Below are positions 1 through 4,000 of a stretch of 4,000 nucleotides of DNA, piece by piece (the stretch's first letter is position 1; each line of letters opens with the position of its first letter). The stretch lies in the NCBI GenBank assembly GCA_000004985.1, contig GG739163.1. One strand, written 5' to 3'. The notes under the pieces were generated by a model, which saw nothing but the letters and a program-made list of their open reading frames with translations, did no database searches and had not been told where the DNA came from. The position numbers were made by a program, and so were the translations under genes. The DNA comes from Naegleria gruberi (lineage: Eukaryota).

Positions 1-2
1 AT

Positions 3-800
3 GATGATAATTCAAATGCAGATTACTGCACTCTGTATCCAAACTCGTATGTTTGCTCTCCTCTCTCATCCTTTAACACAACCGAAACTCAGATTACCAA
101 AGTTTCAAATATTACTCAATTAGATTCAAAGACCATCCAGTTTGCCTCAACTTCAACAATTTCCATTTCTTTGCCATCAATCATTTCACAATATCTTCAA
201 AATACTGATACATCACTCAAGAATGATTCAGTTCAAGTTGTCTCCTCAATTGCCGAAAGTAAGAATTCAAATAGTGATGCAGCTGTCATTTCATCCATTG
301 TTTCTTTGGTTTTATTGAAATCAAGTTCAAGTGAAAAGATTACAGTTCAAAATCTTGAAAAACCAATTTCACTATCGTTTGAGAATGTTACTCTAACAGT
401 TTCAAGTATTGAAACTTTGAATATTTCATGTGTTTATTATGAGGAGAATTCTAAAGAATGGAAATCAGACGGAATGGAAACTGAGATTAAAAATTTAGAA
501 ATTCACAACCTTGCAGATGGAAATATCACATTAACACTCTCCATCCTATGTAACACCAATCACTTGACTTCATTTTCTGTAATTGACCAAAATTACAAGA
601 AGGCAGCCACCAAACCAACACCTCAACCTGCTCAATCAAATCAACCAACCAAGGATGCTGAAATACTTCAAGATAATACTGTTTTAATTGGAGCTATTGT
701 AGGCGCAGTTGGAGGAGTATGTGTAATTGCAGTTGTCATCTCAATAATTATTATTGCTGTTTGTTTATTAAGAAAGAGGAAGAAAGAGGAAACAAATTAA
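3..800 (+). CDS. 5'-truncated CDS for the C-terminal portion of a single-pass type I membrane glycoprotein with a GPS/GAIN-like autoproteolysis motif. The reading frame is open from nt 3 with no upstream stop. The track's 171 start is a TTG, not a real start.
   Basis: The frame beginning at nt 3 continues into the 171..800 ORF and stops at TAA 798-800. Codon third positions are A/T-biased throughout. Sequons NDS, NVT, NIS and NIT sit inside 171-800, and NTT and NIT lie upstream. The motif C87-x9-W97-x29-C127-N-T-N-H-L-T-S-F-S-V is present. A PTPQPAQSNQPT stalk and a 29-residue hydrophobic stretch (LIGAIVGAVGGVCVIAVVISIIIIAVCLL) follow, and the protein ends in RKRKKEETN. Confidence 0.6.
   Translation, partial: DDNSNADYCTLYPNSYVCSPLSSFNTTETQITKVSNITQLDSKTIQFASTSTISISLPSIISQYLQNTDTSLKNDSVQVVSSIAESKNSNSDAAVISSIVSLVLLKSSSSEKITVQNLEKPISLSFENVTLTVSSIETLNISCVYYEENSKEWKSDGMETEIKNLEIHNLADGNITLTLSILCNTNHLTSFSVIDQNYKKAATKPTPQPAQSNQPTKDAEILQDNTVLIGAIVGAVGGVCVIAVVISIIIIAVCLLRKRKKEETN
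429..581 (+). other. GPS (GPCR proteolysis site)-like motif within the CDS. The predicted HL|T cleavage triplet is at nt 561-569.
   Basis: Translated sequence is CVYYEENSKEWKSDGMETEIKNLEIHNLADGNITLTLSILCNTNHLTSFSV. The GPS consensus ends in C-x-C-x-H-L-(S/T)-x-F-(A/G)-V with Trp residues upstream. Here only two of the usual four cysteines are present. Confidence 0.45.
684..770 (+). other. Transmembrane helix followed by a polybasic stop-transfer tail (RKRKK) within the CDS.
   Basis: There are 29 consecutive hydrophobic or small residues (L172-L200 of the track protein), then RKRKKEETN and a stop. Confidence 0.6.
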
Positions 801-854
801 AACGAATATTTTCATCTAACAGACTCCACAACAACTCATCCCTTAAAAATTCCT

Positions 855-859
855 GCAAA
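855..859. repeat. Putative target-site duplication (left copy), GCAAA.
   Basis: Exact 5-mer immediately 5' of the left TIR. The identical 5-mer sits immediately 3' of the right TIR. Confidence 0.4.
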
Positions 860-930
860 TGTTACACGCCACAATTTCCGCGTGGCTTTTACGCCAAAAT
901 TTCCACTCCAGAAAATTCTCGCGTGGTTTA
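860..930 (+). repeat. Left terminal inverted repeat with subterminal hairpin-like motifs (CACGCC-N-AATTTC-C-GCGTGG, repeated).
   Basis: cacgccacaatttccgcgtgg (866-886) recurs as ccagaaaattctcgcgtgg (907-925). acgccaaaattt (891-902) is also present. Confidence 0.5.
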
Positions 931-1253
931 CAAACGCAGAAAAGACCTTAATAGGACATTAATACAAGTTGTAACTAAGCTTAATAAATTGAAGGGCATC
1001 CAACCACTGATGAGTTTAATATATTGTATATTGAACATTATTCTCCTATTACAAAACCAAAGAGTTGAAAAAATATAATCACTACTTTGATGATTTTAAT
1101 CATGAGGAAGATATCTTGTTCCGAGAAATTAACACCACTCATTAATCATTACCTTTAAGCAAAGAGAGTATAATTTCCTGTGAAAATAATATTTAACTCT
1201 TGTATTTATTAAATACAGTATTACATCTTGTAGTATTGTTAATACTTTAATAC

Positions 1254-1285
1254 GGAGAAAATCTCCTTAAAATGAGATTTTCTCC
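1254..1285. repeat. Perfect 12-bp inverted repeat (hairpin) with an 8-nt loop.
   Basis: ggagaaaatctc-cttaaaat-gagattttctcc. The two arms are exact reverse complements. Confidence 0.7.
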
Positions 1286-1539
1286 TAAGGTCCAAATAAG
1301 GGTAGGATTCACACAACCTTCAACGAAAAGACATCATCTACTAATTTTAATATTTAAACTATGAATGGTGGAATGTGAGCAAAGCAATTAATATAGATTG
1401 AAATAAACACACCAAGAATAAAACAAATTGAAAATTTATTGAAAATTGTTGTGAATCAAGGTTGAAAATCAGCAAGATTTCCGACCTTGAAATTTACCAT
1501 GTTGGAAAATTCACTGTTTGTGAATTTTATTGATGGTTC

Positions 1540-1640
1540 GGTGATGATGACCTTAAATATATTTTCCTTAATGATCGGAAGTGAACTTGTTGATGATATT
1601 GATGATAAAAGATTTGATGAAGTGAAAACTCCCCAACTCG
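1540..1640. repeat. Degenerate repeats rich in GATGATGA and TTGATGA.
   Basis: ggtgatgatgacc, gttgatgatattgatgataaaagatttgatgaagtg. Confidence 0.5.
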
Positions 1641-1825
1641 ATGAATACTAAGTGGAAAAATTCCTACTCTCTTGATGGTGATATTAGACATCCCTACTAA
1701 TGATATTGTAGTTTTCGAGAAACCATGACATAAATTTTTCGATGGATTTTTTTTACCCATCGATGATTGATCGAGATGGAAAATGATCGATTGAATGGAT
1801 GAAACATAGAATTTTATCAATTAAT

Positions 1826-1855
1826 TGATCGATCAATCGATCGATCGATCAATGT
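1826..1855. repeat. Palindromic (GATC)n / ATCGAT microsatellite-like tract.
   Basis: ttgatcgatcaa is a perfect 12-bp palindrome and is followed by tcgatcgatcgatcaat. Related ATCGAT/GATGGAT motifs occur at 1742-1800. Confidence 0.7.
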
Positions 1856-1894
1856 TTTCATCAGATATCTCGAAATCCTCATTGAACTGAGCTT

Positions 1895-2004
1895 GAGACT
1901 TTGATTTTGATGATTTCTTTTGTTCTTCCAGTTCAGGTTTGATTTTTTTCTTGCCTTTTTGACTTTTTGAGAGTTGTTTTTTGGTTTTTCAATTATTTTT
2001 TTAG
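1895..2004 (+). repeat. T-rich (polypyrimidine-biased) low-complexity tract.
   Basis: Runs of T with interspersed G or C (tttgattttgatgatttcttttgttcttcc...ttttttggtttttcaattattttttt) give a strong strand compositional skew. Confidence 0.6.
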
Positions 2005-2899
2005 AGTCACAGATTTCATTCTCCCTTACTTATTTCACTAAGCTTCGAAATGGCTTCTCCAAATTGCTCCTTTTTTCATTTTAAATCAACCCTTGGTTAG
2101 ATGTCAGTACAGAGTGCCTTGAAAATCACCTTATTGGTATTACTGAATTCCATATCAAGCTGGGATGGCATCGGAACGATTCATTAAGTTTGAATGTTTT
2201 AATTTCTTTACAATGTGGATCTTCTACTACATCAAATGAGTTTCTCAAGTACTTGACATGATAAAATACAACACTTGAAAAAAGGTTTCCAGTATTGAGT
2301 GCCTTAATTAATGACAAAGGGTGAGAATGAAAGCAAACTTGATAAAATGCTCTTTGAACAAAACCACATGTTCAGGAGCAACAACGTCCAAACTTGTGTA
2401 AGCAATCATTTAATCAAGAACCAACACTCTTATGTAATATTGCAATATCCACATCCCAAATTAAAATCAAGAGTGAGCACTTGACATATTCGTGGAAAAA
2501 GGTTGGGAGCAACCTTCTGTCACTGAGCTCAGAAAGGATTATAAGAAATTTATATTCAAATGCCACATCGGAGGAGATTGGCTTCTAACATGATTTTAAG
2601 CACTTAGAAAACCAACTTTTTGTGTTTTAAGTTCTTTTTTTTGAAACATCATAAGAAATCAAACAACATCTTTTGATAATTAGCTGAAGGTTGAGCCTTT
2701 TCAAATAACATCAAGTCTTTATTCAATATGATTGAAATTGTTGATTAATCATGATCGATTGTTTGATAGATTGATCAAAAAACAGATTGAATAGATGGAT
2801 TTTAATCGATCAACATGGATGAGATGGAAAAAAGATTGGTGTTGAGGTGAAAAAATTTATGTCATGGTTTCTAGGAAAACTACAATACTATGTTGTTGA

Positions 2900-3530
2900 A
2901 ATTCAATCGTCACGATGAAATATTTGGTGAATGATGAATACACCACCAACAAGGTGAAAACTCCAAATATCCAAAAACTATTATTCGGAATGTTGTTGAT
3001 GATATATTTGAATAGTACTATTCGAAGAAAGTTTGGAAGATGATGAAGTACATGTTGAGTTGTGGCATTTGTATATTTTCAAAATATACATGAAGCAAAC
3101 TTGATGAAATGAGAAGATGAATTCCTGCTATTGATATTGGTGATACTATAGAGTATTGCCAACAATCCCTAATTGAAGAAATTCCTAGTGAACAAGTAAA
3201 TCTCCTGATGAGGATGATATTATTATAAACTTGAAATTTTACCCTATTACAACTACTAAGGGAGATTTCAATTGCTCAAATTACTAGTAATATAATAATA
3301 AATATACTGTGATGATGAATTTCAGCTTAATGATGATATTTAGAAGCTTGAAATTTCCGATGATAGAAAAGTACTATAATTCATTCCGAGAAGAAGAACT
3401 ACCATAAAATATTGCTATAATTACTATTGGTGAGATGTATCCCAGCTAATATAATTGAAATATTCCAAAATGATGATGATTTGATTGAATTAAATACCAA
3501 TGATGATGAGTGGAGGTATTTTTTGAAAGT
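2900..3530. repeat. Degenerate repeat region rich in GATGATGA and TTGAAAT (minisatellite-like, imperfect).
   Basis: The motif (a/t)gatgatga recurs at about 2926, 2998, 3040, 3208, 3311, 3340, 3471 and 3501. cttgaaatttYcc appears at 3230 and 3348 and also at 1487. The region has stop codons in all frames. Confidence 0.5.
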
Positions 3531-3616
3531 AATGAGAGGACATTCAAAACAAATTAGGATTCCGAAATGGAGAGTTTAATTTCCTTATTGGATTTTCTAA
3601 TAAGGGTTCGAAAAAG

Positions 3617-3685
3617 TGGCGTAGCGTAATAACGCCAAGAATTTTTTGGCGTGGATTTTCACGCGAGAAATTCTGGCGTGTAACA
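3617..3685 (-). repeat. Right terminal inverted repeat. It is an inverted copy of the left end and carries the same GC-rich sub-motifs in both orientations.
   Basis: acgccaagaattttttggcgtgg (3632-3654) and cacgcgagaaattctggcgtg (3660-3680). The terminal ggcgtgtaaca is the reverse complement of tgttacacgcc at 860-870. Confidence 0.5.
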
Positions 3686-3690
3686 GCAAA
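3686..3690. repeat. Putative target-site duplication (right copy), GCAAA.
   Basis: Exact match to 855-859 and directly abutting the TIR end. Confidence 0.4.
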
Positions 3691-3715
3691 AAAATACCTT
3701 TCTCTCCCACCAAAA

Positions 3716-4000
3716 ATGCAAATCTACAACTGCACAACTTCTCATAGTAATCATACTGATGATTCACTATTATTACAAATGCACGATGATCAAGATCGGC
3801 CTAATACTGTGCTAATGTTATGTGATATACAACCACATGATAGAGAACATTTACTTCATAAAGAATTAACCCTCAAATTTAAACAAGCCTCCGATCGTGT
3901 TATTTTGATTACTAATTCTGTGGAAAGATTTAAAAAACATAGAAAGATTGATGAGAGATTGGTTAGGGACTTGGAATTTGCTTTTAGAGTGGTACAAATT
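3716..4000 (+). CDS. 3'-truncated CDS for the N-terminal 95 codons of an unidentified protein. It begins at ATG 3716, 30 bp after the right TIR, and runs off the window end.
   Basis: The ORF is uninterrupted from ATG 3716 to nt 4000: MQIYNCTTSHSNHTDDSLLLQMHDDQDRPNTVLMLCDIQPHDREHLLHKELTLKFKQASDRVILITNSVERFKKHRKIDERLVRDLEFAFRVVQI. Composition is mixed and non-repetitive, unlike the surrounding low-complexity DNA. The frame is also open upstream from 3536, so the true start is uncertain. Confidence 0.4.
   Translation, partial: MQIYNCTTSHSNHTDDSLLLQMHDDQDRPNTVLMLCDIQPHDREHLLHKELTLKFKQASDRVILITNSVERFKKHRKIDERLVRDLEFAFRVVQI

Larger units (their letters stand above)
860..3685. mobile_element. Candidate non-autonomous TIR-type (class II) DNA transposon insertion of about 2.8 kb with no transposase ORF.
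   Basis: Left end 860-885 is tgttacacgccacaatttccgcgtgg. The reverse complement of the right end 3660-3685 is tgttacacgccagaatttctcgcgtg. These agree with 1 mismatch and 1 indel over 26 bp, and weaker similarity continues to about 45-70 bp. An identical 5-bp direct repeat GCAAA lies immediately outside both ends (855-859 and 3686-3690). The interior has no ORF longer than 119 aa and is low complexity. Confidence 0.5.

Noticed and set aside
985-990. AATAAA hexamer downstream of the first gene's stop as a poly(A) signal.
   Set aside because: It lies inside the putative inserted element, and such hexamers are frequent in AT-rich DNA. It cannot be supported from sequence alone.
719-1078. 119-aa + strand ORF overlapping the end of the membrane-protein CDS and running into the left TIR.
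   Set aside because: It lies in an alternative frame over a clearly coding frame. The product is Cys/Asn-rich junk (MCNCSCHLNNYYCC...) and the ORF continues through repeat sequence, so it looks spurious.
1527-1820. 97-aa - strand ORF.
   Set aside because: It lies on the complement of the GATGATGA and ATCGAT low-complexity DNA. Its His/Ser/Ile-rich translation is a by-product of the repeat, with no domain-like features.
1826-1855. Short regularly spaced repeats considered as a possible CRISPR array or prokaryotic Dam-site cluster.
   Set aside because: This is a simple (GATC)n microsatellite with no spacer structure. The window context is eukaryotic.
2126-2317. 63-aa - strand ORF.
   Set aside because: It is short, isolated and has no recognisable motif. 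It is consistent with chance in AT-rich DNA.
2394-2588. 64-aa + strand ORF.
   Set aside because: It is short and has no recognisable motif. No support.
3603-3625. GGTTCGAA (tRNA T-loop-like) word in agggttcgaaaaagtggcg.
   Set aside because: The flanking bases cannot form a T-stem, and no acceptor or anticodon arms are present. It is part of the TIR sub-motif, not a tRNA.

Overview
This is an AT-rich window (roughly two-thirds A+T) with low coding density that looks eukaryotic, probably from a protist or invertebrate genome, rather than prokaryotic. It reads as three parts. The first part (3-800, + strand) is the 3' end of a gene whose reading frame runs in from upstream of the window. It encodes a Ser/Thr/Asn-rich extracellular region with several N-x-S/T sequons, a GPS-like motif (Cys..Trp..Cys-N-T-N-His-Leu-Thr-Ser-Phe), a Pro/Thr/Gln-rich stalk, one long hydrophobic transmembrane helix and a short polybasic tail (RKRKKEETN-stop). 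The second part (860-3685) is about 2.8 kb of non-coding, low-complexity DNA. Its two ends are imperfect inverted copies of one another (tgttacacgccacaatttccgcgtgg... and ...cacgcgagaaattctggcgtgtaaca). Each end is built from repeated GC-rich hairpin-like sub-motifs, and the whole block is flanked by an identical 5-bp direct repeat, GCAAA. This is the signature of a non-autonomous terminal-inverted-repeat DNA transposon insertion. Its interior carries a palindromic (GATC)n/ATCGAT tract, GATGATGA-rich degenerate repeats, a T-rich tract and a perfect 12-bp hairpin. The third part begins 30 bp after the right inverted repeat. It is an ATG-initiated ORF (3716 to window end, 95 codons) with no recognisable family. 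No rRNA, tRNA or CRISPR feature is supported. The short ORFs of the six-frame track inside the element look spurious.
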